Source of the DNA: Nitrospinales bacterium
GTDB lineage: Bacteria > Nitrospinota > Nitrospinia > Nitrospinales > VA-1
NCBI GenBank assembly: GCA_965223795.1
Contig: CBDCXL010000002.1
Span: forward strand, 2,336,001-2,400,000
DNA length: 64,000 nucleotides
Direction of reading: 5' to 3'
Shown here: positions 49,806 to 58,997 of the stretch, one piece after another
Layout of the letters: each line of letters starts with the position of its first letter
Numbering within the stretch: position 1 is the stretch's first letter
Position numbers and translations under genes: made by a program
The notes under the pieces: model-generated
Told to the model about the DNA's origin: nothing
Database searches by the model: none
What the model saw: only the letters and a program-made list of their open reading frames with translations

Positions 49806-51083
49806 ATGCCTGAAGTCTATAACTGGCAACTGGGCCGGATGGCGACTTACGTATACGAAGAGAAGCATCCGAAAGAGCAGTTTACGTTCGTGTTCAACAC
49901 GAACCGCTGCATTGCTTGTCAGACGTGTACGATGGCCCATAAATCCACCTGGACCTTCTCCAAGGGCCAGGAGTATATGTGGTGGAACAACGTTGAAACG
50001 AAGCCTTACGGCGGTTACCCGCAGTTCTGGGATTGGAAGATCTTGAAGATGCTTGAGCAGTCCAATCCGGGTCAGAACGTGTGGAACGTCCGCAAGACTT
50101 CCAACAAGGCGATCCACGGCGTGTACGAAGGCGTGACGATTTTCGAAGCGCCTGCCAAGATCGGTTTGAACCAGCAAGCGATCGGTTACGTACCGACGGA
50201 CGAAGAGTGGCGCTTCCCGAACTTCGGCGAAGACACCGCTCACGGCCGCGAGTTCACGCAGTCCCGCGAAGGCACCTTCGGCGGCGACAACGGAACGCGT
50301 TCGGTGCTGCCCGAGCACAAAATCTGGTTTTTCTATGTCCAGCGCATCTGCAACCACTGCACGTATCCGGGCTGTCTGGCGGCGTGTCCCCGTAAGGCGA
50401 TCTACAAGCGCCAGGAGGACGGCATCGTTCTGATCGACCAGTCGCGCTGCCGTGGTTACAAAAAGTGCGTTGAGCAGTGTCCTTACAAAAAGCCGATGTT
50501 CCGCGGCACGACGCGGATCTCCGAGAAATGCATCGCCTGTTACCCGAGGATCGAAGGACTGGATCCGTTGACGGAAGGCGATCAGATGGAGACCCGCTGC
50601 ATGGCCGCCTGTGTCGGCAAGATTCGCCTTCAGGGTCTGGTGAAGATAGGCAGCAACGGCGAATGGGCGCACGATCCCGAGAATCCGCAGTATTACCTGA
50701 TTCGGGACCGCAAAGTCGCACTGCCGCTGTATCCGCAGCTGGGCACCGAGCCGAACGGTTACTACGTACCGTCGCGGCACGTTCCCAGGGCCTATTCACA
50801 GCAGATGTTCGGACCGGGCGTCGACCATGCGATCGATCAGTACATGGTTCCGGACCGGGATCTGCTGGGCGTCCTTCAGCTCTTTAGGACGACACAGCGC
50901 ATCATCTTCAAATGGAAACGTGAGCCGGGTCCGAAGATCTTCGAGACCAACATTCACGGCAAGAAGTTTGAGATGTACAACGACACGATCATCGGGTTCA
51001 ACCGGAAAGGAAAGGAAGTCATCCGCGTGACGGTTGAAGAGCCTTTCTACGTCCGGCCCGAGGAGCATGTCGGCGCCATCTAA
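49806..51083 (+). CDS. nxrB: Nitrite oxidoreductase beta subunit (Fe-S)
   Basis: MPEVYNWQLGR, CIACQTC, WWNNVETKPYGGYP, CNHCTYPGC..ACP, CRGY..C...CPY, CIACYP. Confidence 0.97.
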   Translation: MPEVYNWQLGRMATYVYEEKHPKEQFTFVFNTNRCIACQTCTMAHKSTWTFSKGQEYMWWNNVETKPYGGYPQFWDWKILKMLEQSNPGQNVWNVRKTSNKAIHGVYEGVTIFEAPAKIGLNQQAIGYVPTDEEWRFPNFGEDTAHGREFTQSREGTFGGDNGTRSVLPEHKIWFFYVQRICNHCTYPGCLAACPRKAIYKRQEDGIVLIDQSRCRGYKKCVEQCPYKKPMFRGTTRISEKCIACYPRIEGLDPLTEGDQMETRCMAACVGKIRLQGLVKIGSNGEWAHDPENPQYYLIRDRKVALPLYPQLGTEPNGYYVPSRHVPRAYSQQMFGPGVDHAIDQYMVPDRDLLGVLQLFRTTQRIIFKWKREPGPKIFETNIHGKKFEMYNDTIIGFNRKGKEVIRVTVEEPFYVRPEEHVGAI

Positions 51084-51243
51084 GGAGTGAAGTGAAGGCG
51101 AAAGCCCGGACTCGCTTGCAGCAAGAGTGCATCCTGCAACGCCGGGGCAGGGAGATTCCACTCCCTGCCCCGGATTGCGGATTCCGGTTTCGGGCGGCCT
51201 TTGAACGATTCACCAGCAGTCCCGCTAACGAGGAGAGTTTACT

Positions 51244-52245
51244 GTGAAAAAGAAGATTCTATTCATACTCATCACAGCTTCAATGCTCGGCATGTTCGCT
51301 GCCAATTCCGGAGCCGCGACCATTGAGGCGCTCAAAGTAAAAGGGGACATCCCCATTGATCCGACCGATCCTTTCTGGTCCAATTACGGCCCCACCAAAG
51401 GGAAGCAGGTGGTCATCGACCTGGATCCGCAGATGATCACCAACCCCATGTGGCCGAATCCCGCGACCAAATGGGTCAATGTGAAAGCCGCCTCCAACGG
51501 CAAGGAAATCGCCATCCGGGTTTCCTGGACCGATCCCACAAGAAACGACATCATGGTGCAGTCCCAGCAGTACAAAGACCAGGGCGCGATCATGTTTCCT
51601 GTGAACCAGACCGGTGAAGAGCCTCCGTTCACCATGGGGGGTGACGGCGAGCGGGTCAACATCTGGCAGTGGAAAGCGACCTGGGATAAGGAAGGCGCTG
51701 GAAAAGCCGGCAACAAGGGAATGCAGGACCTGGAAGATCAGTATCGAAACATGGCGATGGGAGCCGGCGGGTACTACATGTATGAGCCCGACGGTTCACT
51801 CAAAGGCCTCGACACCCAGCACGCTTCCGGCAGCAAGTCCAAGCGGAACGCGGCCGGCATCGAGTCCGGCGGAGCCAGCGACATCTCCAAGCGCAACACC
51901 TACGTCGATTTCGGCATGGGCAAAGACGAGGGCGTGTACAATCCCGGCCGGGCCACCGGCAACATCCTCTCCGACGCATCCATGCGCGTGTCTCCCATTG
52001 AAGACCTGAACGCCGAAGGGTTCAGCACGCTGACCACACAGGCGAACCAGGATGTGGACGGCGAAGGCAACTGGAACAACAACCGTTGGGCCGTTGTCTT
52101 CAAACGCGCGCTCAAAACCGACGACCAGAACGACACCCAGTTCGCCAGCGGCAAAACCCCCGTCGCGTTCGCGATCTGGAATGGTCAGAACAAGGAAAGA
52201 AACGGTCAGAAAGGCGTCACCCAGTGGCATGAACTGAAATATTGA
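51244..52245 (+). CDS. nxrC: Nitrite oxidoreductase gamma subunit (EB_dh heme b domain, signal peptide)
   Basis: GTG start with SD GAGGAG, Sec-type signal, W.D.T, FTMG, VNIWQWKA, AFAIWNG...ERNGQK. Directly after nxrB. Confidence 0.85.
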   Translation: MKKKILFILITASMLGMFAANSGAATIEALKVKGDIPIDPTDPFWSNYGPTKGKQVVIDLDPQMITNPMWPNPATKWVNVKAASNGKEIAIRVSWTDPTRNDIMVQSQQYKDQGAIMFPVNQTGEEPPFTMGGDGERVNIWQWKATWDKEGAGKAGNKGMQDLEDQYRNMAMGAGGYYMYEPDGSLKGLDTQHASGSKSKRNAAGIESGGASDISKRNTYVDFGMGKDEGVYNPGRATGNILSDASMRVSPIEDLNAEGFSTLTTQANQDVDGEGNWNNNRWAVVFKRALKTDDQNDTQFASGKTPVAFAIWNGQNKERNGQKGVTQWHELKY

Positions 52246-52276
52246 GTGAAGATCCGTTTTGCGAATTATCGAATGG

Positions 52277-52308
52277 GAGGTCCACATAAAAGTGGACCTC
52301 TTTTTTTT
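52277..52308 (+). terminator. Rho-independent terminator of nxrABC
   Basis: GAGGTCCAC-ATAAAA-GTGGACCTC-T8. Confidence 0.9.
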
Positions 52309-53073
52309 ATAACAGACCTCTCCATAAATTAACTATTCCAAATATTGTATTGGGATCTGAACTAAAATTATAAAAAGAAATGAAAAAAGATATGGGTGAA
52401 AGATCATTCCTTATAAGAAAGCATAGATTCATATCTCAATACTAAAACCTACCTGAAATAAATATCTGCCCGTCGACACCGTATAAAGAACACCCAGATT
52501 CTACATTCCATCGTAATCTAGCTCTATCCATCAATAGGTTGCTAGATATAATGGAGTCGTGCTTGTCGCGTGTAACTCAACTCACAGCATTCCAGATTCA
52601 ATAGCAAGATTAAGAAGTATTCGAAATTCGATGAATAGGGAGATTGACTTAAAAGGCGAGACATTGGGGAGCTGGATGGAGATATGATTTATTTGATTGA
52701 AAAAAAAGATAAAATGTACAACTTCCTACAATAAGAGAGAATTTTATTTCGTGAGATTGTGTTTGTCTGCGGGGCATCAATTTAAGAAACAGGATTGATA
52801 TAGTTTGTCCACCCTTTTGCTATCGAGTGTGCTGGTGACTTTGGATTTGGGCAGGTTGCCAGCGTCGGGAGGGTGGCCGGCGAGCTTCCCTGAAATGGTT
52901 TTACTTGTAAGTTGGGATTCGAGCTGTCGGGTTTTATTGTGTGTACAATATCGTGTTGAGAATCCTGAGGACTTTGGATCGGCACTCGAATGATGCAGTT
53001 GGTAGTCTCGATCTGCTTGAATTCGGCAAGCGTTTTGCCTGCCGTAGATTAGGAATTGAGCTTTAAAATTTAA

Positions 53074-53985
53074 ATACGGAGCGAGAAGTCCATCAACACC
53101 GTAAAAAATTCGATTGCGGTTGGCGTCACCGGAGCGTCGGGTTTCATCGGTTCGCATCTGGTCAAAACGCTGGAAACCATTCCTGGTGTAACCGTGACCC
53201 GCCTTTTGCGGCCGCAACGATCCGGCAATCATGAAGCGGCCCGGCTCAATGAATTCGTAAAAGACAAACAGTTCATCTTCCACCTGGGGGGCGTGAACCG
53301 CGGTACGGAGGAAGAGATTAATACCGGCAATGTGCTCGCGACGCAAAAATTGCTGCGCGCGGTTTCGCAATATGGATCGTCGAGGACACATATCGTGTTC
53401 GCTTCTTCCGGCCAGGTGTACACACTTCCTGAAGATAAAACACCCCTGCGCGAAACCGATCGAGCGGATCCCATGTCTTTGTACGGCATCAGCAAAAAAG
53501 CCGCAGAAGACCTGATCATAGAGTCGGGTCTGCCGCACACGATTTTGCGGCTTTCCAACGTATACGGCCCCGGCTGCCGTCCGGACTACAATTCCGTGAT
53601 CGCCACGTTCTGCCACCGGGCTGCAAGCCGGCAACCTTTGACGTTGCATGGTGACGGCAGTCAGGGGCGGGATTTTGTTTATATCGACGATGTCATCCAG
53701 GCTTTTATTCTTTGCGGGGTGCAAACCGAAACTCCGCCCAACGATTGCTTCAATGTCAGTTCCGGGCGCATCGTTTCTCTCAAACAAATCATCGACACGC
53801 TCAATCAGGTGGGTGCAGAGATTCTGGTGACCCGCAAACTTAAAAGCGATCAACGGGATGATTCCTACTGCTGCGACGCCACCCGCATCCGCAGGCGCTA
53901 CGGATGGGAGCCCAGGACATCGCTTGCAGACGGATTGAAACGAACGTTGTGCGATTTTAAATTGCAATTTCCATCCACGCGATAA
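53074..53985 (+). CDS. NAD-dependent epimerase/dehydratase (no canonical start upstream of the Rossmann motif; possible pseudogene)
   Basis: In-frame VTGASGFIG at 53125-53151 lies upstream of the track's start (53194). YGISK, LRLSNVYGPG and RDFVYIDD are also present. Confidence 0.75.
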   Translation: MRSEKSINTVKNSIAVGVTGASGFIGSHLVKTLETIPGVTVTRLLRPQRSGNHEAARLNEFVKDKQFIFHLGGVNRGTEEEINTGNVLATQKLLRAVSQYGSSRTHIVFASSGQVYTLPEDKTPLRETDRADPMSLYGISKKAAEDLIIESGLPHTILRLSNVYGPGCRPDYNSVIATFCHRAASRQPLTLHGDGSQGRDFVYIDDVIQAFILCGVQTETPPNDCFNVSSGRIVSLKQIIDTLNQVGAEILVTRKLKSDQRDDSYCCDATRIRRRYGWEPRTSLADGLKRTLCDFKLQFPSTR

Positions 53986-54100
53986 CTTTGAGATTCTGGG
54001 GGTGAAAATGGGATTGCTCCTATATTAAACTCAATCATGCAAACAGAAAGCGTCTCTGACGGGATTGGAATCAGTGGAAGCAATCTCAAACATTCACTGA

Positions 54101-54679
54101 ATGACTGAGAGGAGTGCACATACAGTGATAAAGAGTGTTAAGGGCGTGTTGATTTACACAGGCATTGTCCTGTTTGTTTCGATCGTGTATTTCATCTACG
54201 CATACACAATGTATCCGCCAACGCCCGAGCGGGAAACGTTTCTGAGCGAGATAGGCGAGGGTTTTGGTGAGGCAGGGCTATGGGCCCTGCTTATTATATA
54301 TGCTCGCACCGTATTGAAACTGGCGATCGGCAAAGACTCATTTATAAAGCGTCTTCTCCCGGACGATGCTCCGCTCCCCGGCGCGTCCATCCCCAAGCGG
54401 TTGCTTGGTTTTTTAAATCGAACCCATGTCTATGTCGGGATCGCGGCCGTTGCAATTATCCTGCTGCACATCGCGCTGGTGGGAATGTCGATGAAGATAT
54501 TATTCTTTCCGGCAGTATTGGCGCTGGTCCTTTGGCAGGGATTGTTTGGTTTGTTTCTGACATGGAAGTATTCACCAAAAGAATTGAAGAAATTTTCCTA
54601 TCTTGTCCACGCTCAGTTCCTGACAGGGATCATGATTGGTATTTTTTCTTATTTTGGACATCTGCTGATTGATGATTGA
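54101..54679 (+). CDS. Hypothetical multi-TM protein with two His pairs
   Basis: About five hydrophobic helices; H-x13-H and H-x16-H. Confidence 0.7.
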   Translation: MTERSAHTVIKSVKGVLIYTGIVLFVSIVYFIYAYTMYPPTPERETFLSEIGEGFGEAGLWALLIIYARTVLKLAIGKDSFIKRLLPDDAPLPGASIPKRLLGFLNRTHVYVGIAAVAIILLHIALVGMSMKILFFPAVLALVLWQGLFGLFLTWKYSPKELKKFSYLVHAQFLTGIMIGIFSYFGHLLIDD

Positions 54680-54976
54680 CGAGTTGCACACTCTGAAAAA
54701 AAATCGTCACCCCATTCTTTTTTTGAACATCGACTGTGCGCGCAGGACTTGAAGCAGACCGTTTCAACGAATCACAATCGGAATGGCCTGCATCATGATT
54801 TCGGATGGCGAAACGAATTGAATTGCAATAGCAGCAATACGCTGATGCCGGTAACGCACCGGAAGATTTTCAGGAATTCAGCGGCCTGCCTGGATGCCTG
54901 TCTGCTCCACGTCTGCAGACGTTTTTCTAGTTACAACCCTCGTTGTTTCCTTTTTAAATTATAGTCACCCGGGCTA

Positions 54977-54992
54977 TGGCATCTAAATTGCT
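54977..54992 (+). promoter_or_regulatory. Sigma-54 promoter of the trkH operon
   Basis: TGGCATCTAAATTGCT (GG-N10-GC). Confidence 0.8.
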
Positions 54993-55037
54993 CATTAAGG
55001 GTATGGGCGTCGTAATGGTTGAAATCCACCACATCTC

Positions 55038-56510
55038 ATGAGCGTTTCTGCAAACCGGGCCGTGTTTTTTGCGGTCCGTTCCGGTGTCCTGATTCGCTAT
55101 TTATGCCTGTTCATTGGGGTTTTCGGCGTATTGTCCTGTGTCCCTCTTGCGGTGGCGGTCATGACCGGCGGTTGGAAATCGGCCGGACTCCAGTCCGGCG
55201 TGGTGGTTGTGGCCCTGCTGATGGGGGTTTTCGGCATCCTTGCCACTCGAAATAAAACGATTCGACTGCAGCGCAACGAGTCTCTCGCTCTGGTGGCTCT
55301 GGTTTTCATCGTCCTTCCCCTCATTCAGTCGATTCCGGTCATGGGTTTCGGCATTCCGTTTGTCGACGCCTGGTTCGAAGCGGTTTCCGGGGTCACGACG
55401 ACGGGCCTGTCCACACTCGGCACCATCGAGGACAAACCCGTCTCCTTTTTGTTTGCGCGCGGCTGGATGCAATGGGTGGGCGGACTGGGCATCGTCGTGC
55501 TGGCCCTGGCGCTGGTGCTTCAGCCGGGCCTGGTCACGCTGAAATTGGGGTTCAACTCCCGGGAAGTGGAAGACGTGGTCGGGGGAACCCGCGCGCACGC
55601 GCGGCGCATCCTCATCGTCTACGTCATTCTGACCATGGCGATTGTCCTGGCGTTGCTGGCCTCCGGCAGCGGCATGACGGACTCCTGGGTGCACGCGATG
55701 GCGGCGATATCGACCGGGGGGTTCGCCAATCACGACGACAGCCTTGCCGGTGTTTCGACGCTGCAGCGCGGCATCGTTCTCGCCGGCTGTCTTGCGGGGG
55801 CGGTTTCGTTTCATCTTTATTACCGGCGGCAATTTGCCAACTGGGGCAAGGTGTTCGGCGACGTGCAGTTTCTTCTATTGCTCGGGCTGATCGCTGTGGT
55901 GACGGCGCTGCTGTATGTGTCTCTGTCGCACAATCCTGCGCTGAGCCCGCTGGCGCGTGGTGAGCAGGCTTTATGGATGGCGGTTTCGGCGCAGACAACA
56001 GCAGGGTTCGCGACGATGCCGCCGCAGGAGATGGGTCCCGGATCACTGGCCGTCTTGAGCCTGGCCATGCTCATTGGAGGCGGGTTGGGTTCGACCGCGG
56101 GAGGCATCAAGGTCCTGCGTCTGATGATCGTTTTGCGGGTGGTTCAGCTTTACATGCAACGGTTGTCCGCATCCCGCAACGCGCGCATCGCGGACCGCTT
56201 TCTGGGCACGCCGCTCACTAGCAGCGACATCCAGGGCGTCCTGGCGGTGTGCATGGCTTACGCGGCGACACTGCTGGTTTCCTGGCTGATGTTTCTGCAT
56301 CACGGCCACGATCCTCTGCGCGCGCTCTTTGAGGTCAGTTCTGCGCTTGGCACCGCAGGGCTTTCCGCCGGTCTCACAGGACCGGAACTGGATCCGGTGC
56401 TAAAAATCGTTTTGATCGTCAACATGACCATTGGACGGGTGGAGGCCCTCGCCGTTTTTGTTCTGTTGACGCCCAACAACTGGTTGGGAAAGAGGAGGAA
56501 CGTGCAATGA
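55038..56510 (+). CDS. trkH: Trk potassium uptake membrane subunit
   Basis: FEAVSGVTTTG, QWVGGLG, ISTGGF, TTAGF, GSTAGGIK, LFEVSSALGT.G, GRVE. Confidence 0.93.
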   Translation: MSVSANRAVFFAVRSGVLIRYLCLFIGVFGVLSCVPLAVAVMTGGWKSAGLQSGVVVVALLMGVFGILATRNKTIRLQRNESLALVALVFIVLPLIQSIPVMGFGIPFVDAWFEAVSGVTTTGLSTLGTIEDKPVSFLFARGWMQWVGGLGIVVLALALVLQPGLVTLKLGFNSREVEDVVGGTRAHARRILIVYVILTMAIVLALLASGSGMTDSWVHAMAAISTGGFANHDDSLAGVSTLQRGIVLAGCLAGAVSFHLYYRRQFANWGKVFGDVQFLLLLGLIAVVTALLYVSLSHNPALSPLARGEQALWMAVSAQTTAGFATMPPQEMGPGSLAVLSLAMLIGGGLGSTAGGIKVLRLMIVLRVVQLYMQRLSASRNARIADRFLGTPLTSSDIQGVLAVCMAYAATLLVSWLMFLHHGHDPLRALFEVSSALGTAGLSAGLTGPELDPVLKIVLIVNMTIGRVEALAVFVLLTPNNWLGKRRNVQ

Positions 56511-57184
56511 GAGTGGTGTTCGTGGGAGCCAGCACACTCACCGTGGTCACGGCCCGGCTGGCCATCGAGAAAGGGCACGAAGTGGTGATCGTGGAACTCG
56601 ATCAGGAAAGGATCGACGCACTGAGCGGGGAGCTGGATTGCGGCTTCATTCAGGGAGACGGTTCGTTTCCGGCGATCCTGGAAGAGGTGGGGCCGGAAAA
56701 CACCGATTTTCTCATCTGCCTCACAGACAACGATCAGGACAACATCCTCGCGTCCCTGGTGGGGCAGGAAATGGCGTTCGACCGGGTCATCACGCGAATC
56801 GAGAATCCGGATTTCGACACGGTCTGCAAACAATTGAAGCTGGAAGATGTGTTCAATCCGGACCGGCAGGTGGCGGACATGCTGCTCGATCGGGTGGAAG
56901 GCCACAAGCACGCACGCAACGCGACGGAACTCAAGGGCGACTTGTCGTTTTTCAGGTTTCAGGTCGTCGAGGACACCGCAAAGAAACTCGATGCGCTCGA
57001 CCTGCCTGAAGACGCGCAAGCCCTCTGTGTCGAGCGGGGCGAGCAGGGCTTTCTGATCGGCGATCTCGAAGCGCTGGAGGAAGGCGATGTCGTGACTGTG
57101 ATCACCCGTAAGGAACGCATCGAGGAGCTGGCTTCGAAATTCCAGCTTCCTCATCAATCCAGCAACAACCAGAAGGAAGACTGA
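56507..57184 (+). CDS. trkA: TrkA-type RCK regulatory subunit (single RCK, degenerate GxGxxG)
   Basis: GHEVVIVE.D, IQGDG, LTDNDQDNIL; overlaps trkH. Confidence 0.85.
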   Translation: MRVVFVGASTLTVVTARLAIEKGHEVVIVELDQERIDALSGELDCGFIQGDGSFPAILEEVGPENTDFLICLTDNDQDNILASLVGQEMAFDRVITRIENPDFDTVCKQLKLEDVFNPDRQVADMLLDRVEGHKHARNATELKGDLSFFRFQVVEDTAKKLDALDLPEDAQALCVERGEQGFLIGDLEALEEGDVVTVITRKERIEELASKFQLPHQSSNNQKED

Positions 57185-57185
57185 C

Positions 57186-58157
57186 ATGGCATCCCCCCTG
57201 TTGACACAGGCGAACGACACAAAAGAGAAGGCCCAGGACGACGCTGCGGAAAAATCCATCATCGAAGCGCCGGATTCGATTGCGGATGTGGCCGAAACGC
57301 TGCAGGCGACCCTGGTCAACATCTGGAAAAGCTTTTTGCAGCATACGCCCTATCTCTTCGCCGGGGTGGTGGTGCTGCTTTTGACCTGGATCATCGCGGC
57401 GCTGTTTTCCAAGCTCGGGCACCGGTTGTTCGAATACAAACAGATCCGCAGGTCGCTGGAGGATCTGATCATCCGCATCATCACCATCGGCATCTGGATC
57501 GGAGGGCTGCTGCTCGCCGCGATGTTCTGGTTCCCGGGACTCACGCCCACCACCGCGCTGGGCGGTCTGGGCATCGCCTCCATCGCTATCGGTTTCGCGT
57601 TTCAGGATATCTTCGAAAACTTTTTCGCGGGCATTCTGCTGCTCTGGCGTTTTCCGTTTGAACGCGGCGATTTCATCGAATGCCAGGACATCATGGGGCG
57701 CGTGGAATCCGTGGACGTGCGCATGACGCAGATCCGGCTCACCACCGGCGAGCTGGTCCTCGTTCCCAACTCCACGCTGTTTAAAAATCCGGTGCAGGTT
57801 CTCACCAACAAGCCGCACCGGCGCATCACGATCACCACCGGTGTGGCCTACGGTGAAGACGTGGCCGAATCGGTCGCGGTGGTCGAAAAGGCTGTCAAAA
57901 ACTGTGAGACCGTGAAAACGTCGGAACCGGTCGAGATTTTCCCCAAAGCCTTCGGCTCCAGCAGCATCGATATCGAAGTCACCTGGTGGACGGGAAACAA
58001 GCCCCTCGACATCCGCAAATCGCGCGGCGAGGTCGTCACCGCTGTCAAGCAGGCGCTGGACGACGCCGGGATTGAAATTCCCTTTCCGTACCGCACGCTC
58101 ACTTTCAAGGAACCTCTGGTCACGCAATCGCACAATTCCGGCGATGAGTCCCAATGA
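57186..58157 (+). CDS. mscS: Small-conductance mechanosensitive channel
   Basis: IGFAFQDIFENFFAG, PFERGDFI, VLVPNS, IEIPFP. Confidence 0.92.
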   Translation: MASPLLTQANDTKEKAQDDAAEKSIIEAPDSIADVAETLQATLVNIWKSFLQHTPYLFAGVVVLLLTWIIAALFSKLGHRLFEYKQIRRSLEDLIIRIITIGIWIGGLLLAAMFWFPGLTPTTALGGLGIASIAIGFAFQDIFENFFAGILLLWRFPFERGDFIECQDIMGRVESVDVRMTQIRLTTGELVLVPNSTLFKNPVQVLTNKPHRRITITTGVAYGEDVAESVAVVEKAVKNCETVKTSEPVEIFPKAFGSSSIDIEVTWWTGNKPLDIRKSRGEVVTAVKQALDDAGIEIPFPYRTLTFKEPLVTQSHNSGDESQ

Positions 58158-58204
58158 AGGACCGGCGCTGTAGGGATCGAACCTTAAACCGACAGGACGT
58201 TAAA

Positions 58205-58963
58205 GTGAAAAACTCTTTTCTGTTTTGCCTGATGCTCGCTGGATTTCTCACCGCGCACGCAGAAGCCGGCATTGAAAACCGGCCCCTCAATACCGACGAT
58301 GCCGACACGCTGCCCATGGACACCGGCACGGTGGCGTTCGGCATGGCCTATGTGAATGAAGCCAACGGCACCGACGTGCTCGATTTCCCGCTCGATCTGG
58401 GTTTTGGCGTGCGCGAGAATTTCGAGATCACCGTGAACATCCCGTTTTCTTATGTCAATCCGGAACCGGGACCGGATGTGGCCGGGTTTGCGGACATCTC
58501 GATCCGTCCGGAACTGAAATTTATGGAAGAGACGGAAACCCTGCCGGCGCTGTCGTTCGCGACCGTGTTCAAACTGGACAACGGCGACGAGGGCCGCGGC
58601 CTGGGTTCCGGAGACGTGGATTACTCTCTGTCCCTGCAGGCGAGCAAGCGGTTCGCACCGGTGATCCTGCACGTCAACCTCGGTTACACTTTCACCGGTG
58701 AGCCGCGCGGCGTCGAACGCGATGACGTGCTGTTCTACAACTTCGGCGCGGGCTACACGGTCAGCAAAGCGTTGACTCTGGTCGGGGAGATCGTCGGCCA
58801 GACCAATTCGGACCCCAGCGGGGACGACGACCTGTGGGAGTGGCTGGGGGGATTCATCTATCAGCCGGTTAAAAACTATGCATTCGATGCAGGGTTCGGA
58901 ACCGGACTCACCGGGTCCAGTCCCGACGTGCGCTTCACCATCGGGATGACGCATTTTTTCTAG
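58205..58963 (+). CDS. Outer-membrane beta-barrel, putative transporter
   Basis: Signal peptide ending AHAEA, RPLNTDDA, GLGSG..D, HVNLGY, C-terminal Phe. GTG at 58205 is preferred over ATG at 58154. Confidence 0.7.
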   Translation: MKNSFLFCLMLAGFLTAHAEAGIENRPLNTDDADTLPMDTGTVAFGMAYVNEANGTDVLDFPLDLGFGVRENFEITVNIPFSYVNPEPGPDVAGFADISIRPELKFMEETETLPALSFATVFKLDNGDEGRGLGSGDVDYSLSLQASKRFAPVILHVNLGYTFTGEPRGVERDDVLFYNFGAGYTVSKALTLVGEIVGQTNSDPSGDDDLWEWLGGFIYQPVKNYAFDAGFGTGLTGSSPDVRFTIGMTHFF

Positions 58964-58997
58964 ACCCGGTATGAAACGAGGAAACGGAATGCCGGGC

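Noticed and set aside
46256..51083. Calling the molybdoenzyme a respiratory nitrate reductase NarGH
   Set aside because: The Tat signal, the Asp-containing FS0 motif, the NxrB-type N-terminus, the EB_dh gamma subunit and the absence of narJI all fit periplasmic NXR.
52777..53967. 396-aa minus-strand ORF
   Set aside because: Mostly antisense to the epimerase, with no motifs.
57735..57744. CGGCTCACCA, identical to the last 10 nt of tRNA-Lys (possible attR)
   Set aside because: Only 10 bp and inside the intact mscS coding sequence; likely chance.
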